A stretch of DNA of 64,000 bases. It comes from Felis catus. Taxonomy: Eukaryota. The position numbers and the translations under genes were made by a program. Location: the NCBI RefSeq assembly GCF_018350175.1, contig NC_058373.1:108440001-108504000 (forward strand), written 5' to 3'. Each line of letters opens with the position of its first letter. Within the stretch, counting starts at the first letter, position 1. The notes beneath the pieces were generated by a model that made no database searches, was not told where the DNA came from, and worked only from the letters and a program-made list of their open reading frames with translations. Shown here in pieces: positions 36,660-50,026 of the stretch.

Positions 36660-39600
36660 TTACTTCTTTTTAAAAGAAAATTTAATACTAAGAACCCAAG
36701 TTTTTATGTATTTCCCCACATAGCGGGTGCTCGGCTTTTCATTTTGTTGTATAGATGCACATTTATATCCCTTTTCTGTTTGAAGGACTTCTTTTAACAT
36801 TCTTGTTTTGTTGTGATGAATTCTTTCTGAAAAGTCTTTATTTTCCCTTTGTTCTTGAAAGATATCTTCTCTGGGTATAGAATTCTGTCAGTGTTTTTCT
36901 TTCAACCCTTTAAAACTATTTCTTCACTGTGAGATTTCAAAGTGAGAACCCTACTGTCCTTATCTATACTCCTCTGTTCAAGTGTCTTTTTTCCCCTTTG
37001 ACTACTTAAACAAAATTAATAGACTATTTTTAGAACGGTTTTAGGTTGATAGAAAAATTGGGCAGAAAATAGGGAGAGTTTCCATGTACTCTCTGTCCTC
37101 CTGCCCTGCTTTTCCTATTATTAACATGCTGGATTGAGTTGGTGTGGTACATTTGTTACAACTGACAAAGCAATATTGATACATTGCTAGTAACTGTAGT
37201 CCATAGTTTACATTAGGGTTCCCTCCGTTGTTTTGTTCCTGATGATCTGTCACTGGTTTTCAGCTATTTGATTATGATGGTGTGCCTTGGTGTGGCTTTC
37301 ACCATACTTCTTGGTCTTAGGATGTGTTGACCTTCTTGAATTGGTGGGTTTATCTTTTTCATCAGATATGGAAAACGTTGTTCATGCTTCTTTCAGATTT
37401 TTTTTCTGCTCCTCTCCTTCCTTCACAGTCTCCAATAACATGTATTTTATGCTGCCTGAAGGTGTCCCACTGCTCTCTGATCCTCTGTTCATGTTTTTGC
37501 AGTGATTATATTTCTCTGTTTCGTTTGGATAGGTTTCTATTGCTGTTTTCAAGCCACTAGTCTTTTTTTCTTTTTCTGTAGTGCACTATCTGCCATTAAT
37601 TCCAATCAGTGTATGTTTTCATCTTAGTGTAGTTTTCTTCTCTAAGTTTTGTTTGAATATTTCGTATTTCTATTTTGTTCAATCTCTCTTGTAGTTTCTT
37701 GAATGTATGGAATACAGTGATATTTGCCGTTTTAGCGTCCTTGCCTACAAATTCTGTTGTCTGTACGATTTCTTATACCATTTCAATTGATTGAATTTTC
37801 CCCTCATCATTCATGATATTTTTCTGCTTCTCTGCATGCGCAGACACTTTTGATTGGATAGCATACATTGTAAATTTTACCATGTTGCATGCTGGATGTA
37901 TAACTGTTCCTTGAGCTTGGTTCTGGGATGTGGATAGGTTACTTGGAAACTGTTTGATCCTTTCAGGTCTTGGTTTTAAACTTTGTTAGGTAGGGCTGAA
38001 GTAATGTTTTATCTAGGGCTAATTGCTCTTTCCTAGGAGGCAAAACCCTTCTGAGTAGTTTACCAAATGCCCCACTAATGAGGATTTCTATGCTTGCTAG
38101 TTGAACCAGGCACTCACTGTTCCTGGTTTTGTGTGAGCTCCGGGTACTGTTACCTCCAATCATGTCCATTAGCTTTTTCCATGGCTGCAGTATTTTTCCT
38201 CACATGCCCTTATCAGCATTCATCTGAAGACTTCAAATACAGCAGGTCTGTGAGTTCTTTTTGTGGCTCTGTTCTTCCAGACTGTTTGGGCGAGCCCTGA
38301 CAGCCTTGGCCCCTAGATCCATCTCCTCAAATCAGGGAGACCATTAGCTTTGCCTCAAAACTTTCTCCAGGCAGTCAGTTTGGGTAAGCCTAGAACTCAC
38401 TTGCTTATTTCTCATCTCTCAGGAATCCCTGTTTGGGGCTGCATAATGTTCAATATTTTCAGAAACATTGTCTATGTCCAGGTTTTTAATTGCTTCACAA
38501 GTGAGGCTAAATTTGGTACCTGTTATTTCATCTTGATTGGAGGCAGACGTCCCTTTGATGAACCCTTAACAATTTGAAGGTTGACCTGGGCTTCTCATGG
38601 ATTTTTTTTTAACCTGGAAATTTCAATCTCTTGGCATTTCATTTCTTGCATTACAATATACCCCCTTCATTTATTTTTTGTCTTATAGTGCTTTTGAGAT
38701 CTCCAATACAGAATTGCAAGGAAGTGGTAACAGCAAGTGTTCTTGTCTTTTATTGTCTCTAAGGAACGTTAAAATTTACTTTTGAGTGTGATGCATGGTA
38801 TATTTTCTTTTTCAAGTAGGGCAAATTTTCTTCTATTCCTAGTTACTGAGAATCATTGTCATGAATGATGTTGAAACCTCTTTAATAATTTTCCACATCT
38901 GGCAAGATGATTATGTTTTTCATCTTTAATCTATTAATGTGGTTAATTACATTTAACAGATTTTCCTGATACTTAAACTTCATTGCATGTCTGTTATAAA
39001 TTCTTATTCTCAATGTGTTTGTTTTTGATATATCACACATTTTATTTGCTGCTTAGTTTACAATATTTGCAAGTAGCATCATAAGAGATTGATCTACTAT
39101 GTAAATTACCTTACTTGAGTTTATGCTATCCTTAAAAAATGATACAAGAAGTTTTCCCTTCTAGAATGGCTTATATAAAAGAACAATTACCTGGTCACTG
39201 AAAGTTGGAAAAAGTCATATAAAACTGTCTGGATAGATGTGTCACTTTTTGAATTTTTTCTATTATTTCTTTAGTAGTTACTGGTCTATGTTTTATCTAT
39301 TTGTTCTTTTTTAAATTGTTTAGACTGGTTTTTGTTCTTTTCAGATTTTTAAGTGTCCATTATATATGTAAATGTATTATTTGTCTCTGTCTTGCCAATG
39401 GCTTATCTTTAAGAGACCATTTTCATCTTGTCTAGTTTTAAATGTTTTCTTTATATTAACATTTATATTAATATCTGCTTTTTATCTTCTCTATTTCTTC
39501 CATGTATTTTGGTTTGGTTTAAACTGTTGATCAATAACATCTTAAATTGACCATTTATCATATTAATTTTTCAGTCTTTTTCTTGATTTCTAATATATAC

Positions 39601-39900
39601 CTTAAATGAATCCATAAATTTCCTTCAAGTACCACTTTAAATATATCCCACAAGTATATGATATATGATGTGTTCATTATTTTTCAGCTATAAATATTTT
39701 ATTATTCCAATTAGGTTTCTTCTTTGACCCATCAATTATTTAAAAATGTGGATTCTGGTTTCCAAAAGGCATTTTTATAATTTTTAAAAAGTATTTTGTA
39801 TCTAACCATATTGAAATTAGAATGTGATATAATGTTTTTGAACCTTCTTCTGTGGCCTAATACATGGCTGATTTTTGTGAATCTTCCACATAGGATTTAA
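36660..39900 (-). mobile_element. Old L1M fragments (L1MC-like), with a nested L1MC 3' end at about 37010-37230
   Basis: Antisense L1 motifs (ttgaaagatatcttctctgggtatagaattct, gtggtacatttgttacaactgac, aatctattaatgtggttaattacatt). Boundaries approximate. Confidence 0.6.
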
Positions 39901-40686
39901 ATTACTGTGTGTTCTTAGATTGTTTTCCATTTCACCTCAAGCTAATTTAATTCCTCTTGTGTATTATATTCTGTGTGTTTGTGGTGTTAACTCATCTTTA
40001 GAAGGGGTGTGTTTTTGCTTGGTGAGGGGTGTAATCCTGTGTATGTTGGGTTGTGGAAATATTCCTATAGAGCAATTTTGCACTTGCTTCTACTGGGTCT
40101 CCTGGATTTCGTAGATGCTCACCCATTTCCCTTATTAATTTCTTACCTTCAGATATCTGTGCTTCACTGATACTATATCTCTGAGAGAGGTAAAGACTTG
40201 ATGTTTTTATTTGTCATAGGGTAATTTTTTTCTCAGTCACAGCCCCAATAGATAGTAAGCTTCCTTGCTACTTCTCTAAGTCCAAACTGTTAGATGAAAT
40301 TTACTAGTCCTCTTTTCATAGAAAGGGCAGCCTTTATTAAAGAGCAGTAGTTTTATGCTAGCGTCCTTATTCTGCCCTTGCATGAACCCAAAGCCGTTGA
40401 TATCCTAGATATCAGCCAAACACGTTGGTTACCCCTCTGGGTTAATACCAGGTGTCTTTCTAATTTTATCAGTGTTTCTATGAGTTTGTGGCAGAAAGGG
40501 GTTCTATATGTCCTCAGGCTTCCATATAGCCATAACAGAAAGTTGGTCTGATTTTTAAAGGTGAATAAACTAAGGTTCATGCAAGATCACCCAACTGGGA
40601 AGTGTCAGTGCTGGGATAAAAACCGGTACATGACCTGCTTCTTTTTGGCATTCTTCCTGCTTTGCATTTGGCTTTTATCTGATATT

Positions 40687-41201
40687 TGTGATGGTTAATT
40701 TTGTGTGTCATATGATTGTGCCATGAGGTGCCAAAATAGTTGATCAAATATTATTCTGGGTGTATCTGGGAGGATGTTTATGAATGAGATTAACATTTGA
40801 AATGGTAGACTGAGTAAAGCAAATTGCCCTCTCTAATGTGGGTGGGCCTCATCCAATCAATTGAAGACCTGAATAGAAGAAAAAAGCTGAGTAAGAGAGA
40901 ACTTTGTCTGCCTGTCTGCTTGAACAAAAACATTGGTCGTCTTCTGGTCTTGGTCTAGAACGTACACCATTGGCTTTCCTTATTCTTAGGCCTTCAGTCA
41001 GCCTGGAACTAGACCCCTGGTTCTCCTGGGTCTCCAGCTTGCCACTTGTAGATCTTGGAAATTGTCAGCCCCATAATTATATGAGCCAATTCCTTATAAT
41101 AAAAATACAAATAAATATAAATACATATATAAATAAATATAAATATAAATACACATATCTCCCCTATTGGCTGTGCTTCTCTAGATAACCTGCCCAATAC
41201 A
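40687..41201 (+). mobile_element. ERVL solo LTR (MLT2-like)
   Basis: TGTGATGGTTAATTTTGTGTGTCA start, ...CAATACA end, TSD atatt/ctatt, internal gggtgggcctcatccaatca. Confidence 0.85.
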
Positions 41202-43591
41202 CTATTGTATTAATTTAAAATTCATTTGTTTATTCATTTTTGAAGGACCGTTTATTCCTAGCAGTATGTTAGACACTAAGGGGATAGAGTAGAGAACGAT
41301 GAATTAAGACCACAAATTCCTTGAAACATGTTGGAGGAACTACAGCTACATAAACCCACTTAGAAAATGTAGTAAGATAAATATCAGAAGGTAAGCTCTA
41401 CGTGACAGTTAAGAATATGGATGGAACAAGGGACATTATTGTACCCAGGGCAACATTTCTAATTCAGTGGTGCCAGCTATGTTCAGGTGGTTCAATGCCA
41501 AAAACGGATGCGATTTTTGTGGCACCCCATGAAATTTTAATGTATTTATTTTCATCACAAAGCAGGAATTATTTTGCCAATGGAACTATGACTAGATGAT
41601 GTAAGCCATGTAACAATCACAGGCAGGAGCATGCACATCCATGACAAAACAAGCTGAGGAAAGAAGCATGATTAACGATTTCCACTTTTTTTTTTTTTAC
41701 TTGCTTGTGCTTGTCAGCCTACGTGTGATAACAGGAACCCAAGGGGCAGAACCTTTATGGGAAAAGTCAAACATTTAGAAAATTTTGCATCAACTGTTCT
41801 GCAAATGGAGAAAAGTTATTCATTATCTGATTTTATCAGTGGCATCATTGAGGGCTGCTATTCCAATATATGCATACCACCACTGAATATATGAGGTATG
41901 AATTATGTGACTTTTCTTGGAATATGGCTTTTAGTTTTCTTCTAAAAAAGCTCTTAGCCAAGTGAGCATTTTCAGTCCATGCCTTTTAGTTATCATGATA
42001 TATTTGGATATATTTACTGTAGATTCAGTGCCGGGGAGAGTTTGAAACTGCCTTATAGATATTATCCCAGTAGCCTGACTGGGCTCTGTTGCAAGATAAA
42101 ACAATAACTTTGGAAACTGCCTTGAGAATGATTTGCAGCATGGGATAAGAAGAAGAGTGAGTGGAATGAATAGCTAGAATTTCAAAAACTCACAACACCT
42201 GCACATCTCAAGATCTGTCCATTATCTCTCTCAGCCTTGGTTATCCATCCCAGGCCCTTAGTATCCATGGCAATGGAATTTTTTTTTGTCTTCCTAATCA
42301 GAACATTTGTAAATTGTAATGTAGGTTCACATTTGCGTGTAAGGATTCATTGGAGTGATAGAGAGCTCTTGGGGGTTGGAGAAAAGAAAGCAAGAGCAGC
42401 CATTCTGGTTTTATGTTTTCTCTGCATGTGCAGAAATTTAATTACCAGGTCACCGCAGTTCTCAGCAGAGTAAATTATAGTCCTGGCCATTAATTTGTAT
42501 GTAAATGCCACTGTAGCAAGAAAACAACACAACACTTGGGTCCTATCAAGAAATTCCCTTGTTGGAAGCATACAGATTAGAGAGAAGAGCTAAAGAGTCA
42601 GGGAGATTAACAGTTTAGCACTTGCTCTTGTCCGGATGAGCCCTGTTGTAGTCATGAACTTCAAAGTGATTGTCAAAGTCAAGTGTTCAGGAAACACTTG
42701 TAGTTGAGAGAGTCAGATAATGAGAAATCAGGGTCCAATGAGTACGGACACAGGTCTGTTTAGAATACTACCTATTATAGTGCAGCCTTTGTGTAATCCC
42801 CATAGTCTGAGCTAATCACCCCACCCCTGATGCTTTCATGGTGCCTCCTCTCTATCTTGGATGAGAACAGCCTGGTGGGGAAGAGAAATAAGTTCCTTTT
42901 TGTTTCAGCCCACAATTAATTGTTGATTCCTTTGATCTGGTGGAGTATTGGCTTCATACTTTGTTCTGCTGAGTTTGTTTCAGTTTTACATTTAGTCTTA
43001 GCTCAAAGGTTGCTCCTTCTAGAGTTTTAATGGAATACCTGAGGTGTGTACTAAGCCTCTCTAACTTGGCCAGATTCAAACTCCTAATTCAGTCTCCTCT
43101 GAAATAGTCTGCAGCCAAAATGTCTGTGTAGATTTTTAGCCCTCTAGCTGTGACTTTTAGGGGGTTCCTTGGATTCTTCCCTATGCAATCATATTTCAGG
43201 TTGCAGTCAATTGTTTGAGCTAAGTTCACATGCAGATTTTGGAGTTCTCTCTCTGTGGTTCCTTCCTTTCTGGAGTTTTCCCCTATATTTCTTTGAATTC
43301 TGTCCTCCAACATTTTAAGTCAATAAGGCTTCTGATTTCTTCTGAGTCCTAGATGCCCTGTGCTTCATGGACTTGGTGGTACTTTTAACAGAAAAGCAAT
43401 GTAACCATGTATCTCATCCAGTGAAATTTCCTTCTTTCAAAGATTGGATCCTCTCCAAATCGTCCCTGCTCTTGCTCACTCTCTATGTCTTCAAATAGTT
43501 TGTTTAAATTTTTTTTTCATGAATTTATAACTGTTATTCGTAGGTGAGTTCAAATCACTTATTCTGCTGTTATCAGAACTGGAATCTTTAT

Positions 43592-43809
43592 GGGGTGCCT
43601 GGGTGGCTCAGTTGGTTAAGCCTCTGACTTTGGCCTAGGTCATGATCTCGCCACTCATGAGTTTGAGCTCCACGTCAGGCTCTGTGCTGACAGCTCAGAG
43701 ACTGGAGCCTGCTTTGGATTCTGTGTCTCTCTCTCTCTGCCACTCCCCCACTAGTATTCTGTCTCTCTCTCTCTAAAAAATAAATAAACATTAAAAAAAA
43801 TTTTTTAAC
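43592..43809 (+). mobile_element. Can-SINE
   Basis: Consensus head, CT tract, A tail. TSD gaactggaatcttt at 43576-43589 and 43810-43823. Confidence 0.92.
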
Positions 43810-45112
43810 GAACTGGAATCTTTGATATTGTAACTTTTCCCTAGTATAGTGATCTGTATGTTATTAACTTTAATCTTTTATTTTTGACTTACTCATATCT
43901 GTTACAAGCAGCATCTCTTTGTAGGAAATAGAGTTGTCAAAATATCTCGCAAAAGTACAGGATAACAAAACAAGTGTGCACAGGAGAACCCAATGCTAAT
44001 TCTTCCTCTGCCACTAACCAGCTATTTGACTTTGGTGAGTCCCTTAAGTAATCCCAGACTCAGTTTCTGTTCTGTAGAATGAGAGAGTTGGGTTATATCA
44101 ATGTTTTTCAAATTTTTAAAAAGTGTTGGGACTTCTATGTTTTTTTTCTCAACAAAATCTCACAAAAATGTAAACCATATTAGGGCAAAATATCCTTGAC
44201 TGTAGAGGGTGCATAGCTCAACCTGCTCAGTGCAACCACCCATATCTCCACGTTGATAGTGGTATTGAAGCTCCTTTGTGGAACCCTAGACTTCCACAGA
44301 ACATACTCTGATAATAGTTAAGGCTGGATGATTTATAAAAAATCTTTTTCTCTCCTGCCTGAATCCAATAATGGCTGAATTGTGCTTCCAGAAATGTGGC
44401 CCCTTTCTTAGGATCTGAAATGGGCAGTTGTCTCATTTGACCTCCTTTCTGCTTTTTCACTTTAACCAACTTCTTATTCTTACTTCCAATCTTATCCAGC
44501 CACCACGGGCAGGCATTCATTGTGGGTATTTGAGAAATCTAGTATGTAAGGGATTTCTTGCAATTGTAGCTAAAAGTAACACCCAGGTACTGCACTTCTG
44601 AGTGCAACCCTCCCCCACCTGTCTCCACTTCCCATCCAGAAGATGTGAGCCGTACTTCCCTCCACCTAATTGCTCTTGTGTGGGTGGGAAGGAATTAATA
44701 AGCTTGGAGCTACACTGATCATTTATAAATTCTAACTCCATCTGTAAAATAGCAGCAGACAGGCTTAAGAAATCCTCCCTTTGTATCACCAGTTGGTAGT
44801 TTTGTTGCCTTAAAAGAAACAAGAAAATGAGCAGGTGTTGAGCACTGCCCACAGGCAGACAGCATTAGCAACTCATAGAGTGCTCCACCTCCAACTTGGG
44901 AAAAAGGATAGTGAGGAAGGAAAGTGACACAACTCCTATTATCAGCTTAATCTTTTCCTCCCCCAGCCCTTGTTTCTTCCACCTTTTCCTTACAAAACCC
45001 TGATGATGAGTTTCCAAGTTAGACCCTGCAAGAACAGGCACATTCTTTCCTTTGTATGTAAATGTAAGGCTTCCTGAAAGGGTTTCCACCTAGGGTACTG
45101 CCATGATGGGGG

Positions 45113-45147
<35 letters not shown>
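45113..45147. repeat. (AAT)n microsatellite
   Basis: Directly visible. Confidence 0.95.
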
Positions 45148-45149
<2 letters not shown>

Positions 45150-46219
45150 ACAAGTTTGAGCATATCAAATACCAGGCATAGGCTAAGTGTCTTTACATGG
45201 CTAATCTCATTTAGTTCTCTCAACAATTGTAAGAAGTAAGGAATCTCAATAAGGACACAAGTTCAAAAAGAATAAGAATTTGCTTCAGTCTCAAACTAGT
45301 GAGTGGAAGATCCCAAATTCAAACTCAGGCAGCTTGACTCCAGACTTACACTCTTAACCAGTCTAGCCTTGACTAATGTTATACCTGACAGCAGTTTCTG
45401 TGGCCCTGCCCAAACCCCCCTTCTTTACTTAAATGTGGAAGATAAAGATGGCATTGGCTCTGCCCCTTCTTACTTAAACAAGAAAAAAATCGTTACAAAT
45501 TAGAGTGAGGGACATTCTGACTCCATTGTGGTAGGGATTCAATATTGATGGGTCATCAGTTAGCTCTCTGTACCTGTCCAAGTCATGAACTTGCTGTCAG
45601 TGCAAGAAGCCCACAGTAGCACCTTGATAATGTGTGAACAAAGGGGTGAAGCCAGGTGGCCATGCATCAGAAAGGTTGCAGAAGAGTCTAACTTCTCTTT
45701 GGTGGTGGATATTTGGGTGCTATCTATGGTCTGTCTGAATTCTGTGATTGAGTAAAATGAACAATCTCAACTTCAAGATGTATCCACATCCATGGTAATT
45801 GTGCAATGTTTTCCTATTATTTTAGCAAGCTAATTGGATGAAGAGGTGAAGATTTTAATACAAATGCCCATTGTGCTGTTTCACAGGTACTTAGCTTGAA
45901 AGGGGTTTAAAGTTTATGTTTATACAGTGTTTCAGAGAGTACTATATTATCTCTAAAATAAGCAACACAACTTAGATGAGACTTTGCAATTTTAAAAATT
46001 TAAGTTGAATGAAATCCAGATCAGCTATTTAGTTGTTGACATAGAATCATTACAAGGCAAGTAGCAGGGATCTTTAAAAACGATGTTCGTGAAAATTCTT
46101 TCTAACTCAGCCTGTGTAATTTTGTGTTCTTAGTGATAAAATACAGTTGTATCAGTTTTGACCAGGAATTTAAAAAGTTTTTTTTTCCCCCTTGAGGCAG
46201 CTGATGGTAGAGGGACCAT

Positions 46220-46430
46220 TATGTCCATTAACATTGACTTTGGAGCAATACAGCCTAGGTTTCGATCTTGGTTCCACTATTTACTAACTGTTATGACTAT
46301 GGCAAATTACTAACCTCACTTTGCCTCAGTTTTCCCATCCAGAGAATGGGAATAAATAAATGAAAATATGTAAAGTTCTAGAACAGTGCCTACACATGAT
46401 ACATGCTCTATATGGGATTGCTTTTATTAT
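46220..46430 (+). mobile_element. MIR SINE
   Basis: gactttggagc...ggcaaattactaacctc...gcctcagttttcccatc MIR core. Confidence 0.65.
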
Positions 46431-46769
46431 TGTTATAGCATCACAAGGGACTTCTATTGCTACTCAGTGGTTTTTAGGATGGATGGCAGGTTTTGTTATT
46501 AGGTGGAGAATTCCCTGAGATCCTTGGGGTGTAAGACTTAGAATAGTATGTGCAGTTTTATTTATAATCCCCCAAGGATCCATAGGCCACTTATACTGCA
46601 GCCTTCTTGTATGTATTCACTCCCATGTGGACTCACTGCTCTTCTCTCCTTTCAAAGGAAGCAACTTCCTGGGCGGAGGCAGCCGGGCACCCTGGCCCAA
46701 CTCTGACAACTAGATATGGCGCGAGTATTCTCACGCAATAACATCTGCTGATATCCGCATTGGCTAAAA

Positions 46770-46970
46770 ACATAAGTTCTATGTTCAAGTCCCACTGTGT
46801 TATTTTGCTTACTTTGTTGCCCAGGGCAAGTTACTTAACTGCTTTGTGCCTCTGTTTTCCATCTCTATGATGGGAATAAGAATCATCCCTACTTCCTGGT
46901 GTTGCTATGGTGGTTAAGTGGGGTAACATATGCAAAGTCAAGAAGATGCCTGGTATATAGTGTATGTTGA
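46770..46970 (+). mobile_element. MIR SINE
   Basis: gggcaagttacttaactgctttgtgcctctgttttccatctctatgatgggaataa MIR core. Confidence 0.65.
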
Positions 46971-47159
46971 ATGAACTGGAAATCTTTTCTCTGTGGATGA
47001 TTGATGACTCACTGGAGAAAAAAAATCAAGGATGAATTATGGTTAATAACGGTAAATTAATGAAGTCTAAAAAATATTAATAATTCTAATTATTGATTTT
47101 ATAGATGAAGAAAGATCCATGGACTAACTCAATTTGAAATTAATGACTATGATTATTTA

Positions 47160-47366
47160 CATTTTATTTATTTTTATTTTATTTTAAATTTAAAAATTTT
47201 TCTTTAAATGTGAAGAATTTAGTCATTTATTACTTATATATAACACCCAGTGCTCATCCCAACAAGTGCCCTCCTTAGTGCCCATTACCCTCCCCTACAG
47301 CAACCCTCAGTTTGTTCTCTGTATTTAAGAGTCTCTTATAGTTTGCCTCCCTCTCTCTTTTTATCT
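47160..47366 (-). mobile_element. Carnivore L1 3'UTR fragment
   Basis: acacccagtgctcatcccaacaagtgccctcc...agtttgttctctgtatttaagagtctctta, the reverse of the 23000-23260 type sequence. Confidence 0.8.
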
Positions 47367-49813
47367 TAAAAAATGATGTAGTGATACAGATGGAATGGAA
47401 TCTCACACTTGGAAAGAGCTCCTATGTACACTTATTCCAACCACCCCTCCCATGCACATATCCTCCTAACTTTTTCTCAGATGCTTAGATGGTCCTATGC
47501 TCTAAAGGTGAAGGGAATTCAATTTTGCTCCACTGGTCTCTGGGTCTCTCCCATATGTGATGGTCTATCCCAAAACAGGTGCTTCTCCCAGCATTTGAGA
47601 CATGGGAAGACTGCCCCTTATGATCATTTTCTGCTGAGATGGTTTTTTAGCATTGGCATATCCAGTATGTTTTGACACTTAGCTTTTCAGGTCTTACCAT
47701 GTGCTGGTCACGGCCAACAAAATTGAGTGAACTGACAGCAATGTGCTCTTGTATTCTTGGGCCAGCTGCTCCATAAAAAGTAAAACAGATCCAGTATACA
47801 TGTTTGTTGGGTAGGAAGTTTGGAGGCAGAAAACATAGATCTAGAGAAGATCTGGGAAATGACCCAGACATCAGAAATGATCCAGAGTGTTTAAAGGATT
47901 TGACCACAGGGATTGAGCTAGTTGATGTGAGCATAGAGAGTTCTTTCCACTCTCTCTCTCTCTGGTTCTTCAGCATAATGATTAGAAATGTAGCCTTTAG
48001 AGACAGGCTACCTTGATTCAAATCTCCATTCTACCCCTTATGGGAAGTATTATTGTCAGCCGTTGTAGACATCTCTATCTCAGTTTTCTCACTTGGAAAA
48101 AGAGAACAATAATGGTGTTTCATGTATATTCTGTGAGCTAATATGTGTAAGCACTTAGGACAGTTCCTGGCACATAAAAAACAAACAAATAAGTGTTTGT
48201 TATTACTACATATCTTCTTAACAAACTCAGAAATATCAATTCTTAAATAAGAGAATAAATGTTTTGATCAGGCTGGTACTTAAAGTATTTTCTCTCACTT
48301 ACAAAATGGCTTTATAATTTCTTCTTAGCTTCTGAATCAGATGGAATCTTCAGGACACATCTGTGAATAAACAACCATACCCTTCCCCAGAATTACTATA
48401 TGACTTTTGGATTGGAGGAGCAAATCTCTAAGAAATAATTCCTGTTATTTATTGTTTCCAATTTACTTTCAGCAAATATTTACAGAGTAGCCTCCCATGT
48501 GCCTGGCATAGAGATAGGGTCTTGAGGGATACATAGGTGGGTGGTCTGCTGTGCCCCTTACTCTCCTGATGTGTGCAGGCTAGGTGGAATGGTTGGAAAT
48601 TAAATAGGTAAATCTGTCACAAAGCCAGAGGGATCACTGATAGGGCAGGACTGAGCTGATGGAAGAAGCCGTGAACCTTATTTAAGGGATCAGTGAAGGG
48701 CTTTCTGGAAGAAGTGATGTCTATGGCAAGTCCTGATGATGAGCTAGATTCTTGACTAGTCTAGAGGGCTAGAGGAAACTAGTCCAGGCACAGGGAACCC
48801 TGGGTGAGTGTGTGTGTGTGTTGGGGGGGGGGGGAGGTGTTCAGGCTTGGAGAAAGCATTACATCTTCATCAGTTTATTCAATATTTAACAAGTGTTTGT
48901 TAAGCACTTACTATGCAACAGACATTGTTTTACATAATGAAGAGACATCAGGTAACAAAACAGGTGATGTCTTTATTTTCATGAAAGTCATAGGGGAGAA
49001 GAGAGAAATAAAGAGAATTGCTGAAGGTGGGGCAATGGGGAAGGGTTGAGTGGAGCTGACACCTCGGTGGTGAGAGGACAGGAACCAGCCAGGTAAATAC
49101 CAGGGCAGGAGAGTTCCAGGTAGAAGGAACATCAAAGGCAAAGAACTCAAAGGGAAGAACTATCTTCACTTATTGTAGAAGCTGAAAGGACCAGTGGGCT
49201 GATATGGACAAAGTGGTATAAATAATTCAAAGGGTATTTGAGTTGGGTTGTTTGTGCTGAGAAAGGCACTGGAACACAATAATATAAGCTAGTTTTGTTT
49301 TGTTTCATTTAAATTACATATACTACTATGGGTGTCTCTTCAAAACTAGGATACTTTTGGAAGATCTCAGTTGCAAGTAGGTCTGTTCTGGAGTAGGGCT
49401 TGGCTCTTTGTGTTTTAATAATAGAAATGAGGCTAAGAGCATATTTTCTGTCATCATTGACTAGAATGAATGTAAGTCAAATGTCCTGTTCCCAGTTATA
49501 AGCACGTCAGCAACACAAGAAATCAGCAGGGCTTCCCTGCTCAACAAGAGGTCTTATTATGTCAATTAGGGGCGTCCCAGTGTTTCCTCCCGGGTTCTAG
49601 TCATATATTTCTACTTGCCCTCGTAAGCTTTCTTTTCCTGTTTTATTCCTTTGGGCTCAAATTTGTGTTTCAATAAATGCTCTAAAATCTTTCTGCCTGG
49701 TGTAGGCTTGCTTTATCCAGACTCCTCATCCATGTTCTTCTGTTTCTCCAAATTACCTATCTCTGTATTATTGTGGGCCCCCCATGAAACTCATGGCTCT
49801 TGTTTGCTCCCAG

Positions 49814-50026
49814 TTAACAGCTTTGGAGATGATAAAGAGCCATGCACATCTTCTGACAGTGACGAGGAGGTGATCAAACAATTTGAGATTTCTGTGTCCT
49901 GGTCCCAGAGTTTTCGTTCAGAAGCATCTAAGAAAGGCACACAGGTGGGATTGGAGCAGAAATCAAAATTCAGCCACCTGCTCTCTACCCATGAAGAGGA
50001 TAACACAGAAGTGTCTGCCTGTGAAG
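49814..50026 (+). CDS. SYT16: Synaptotagmin-16 internal coding exon (acidic/Ser-rich spacer; 213 nt, phase 1-1)
   Basis: Acceptor ttgtttgctcccag|TT and donor GAAG|gtattt. Translates (V)NSFGDDKEPCTSSDSDEEVIKQFEISVSWSQSFRS...TEVSACE(G), matching SYT16 as recalled (VNSFGDDEELSTSSDSDEEVIKQFEISV). Phase matches the next exon. Confidence 0.92.

Larger units (their letters stand above)
1..49813 (+). other. SYT16: 3' part of a long SYT16 intron (upstream exon outside the window)
   Basis: No SYT16 N-terminal coding sequence recognised upstream of 49814. Region is repeat-rich and ends at a phase-1 acceptor. Confidence 0.75.

Noticed and set aside
48733..48790. CTGATGA...GAAAC hammerhead-like spacing
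   Set aside because: Stems I and III cannot be formed, and it lies in degenerate L2-like sequence.
1..49813. SYT14-like transmembrane exon or SYT16 N-terminal exon
   Set aside because: No PEAIGFLSA-like or MVLAMAS-like coding sequence was found, so these presumably lie upstream of the window.
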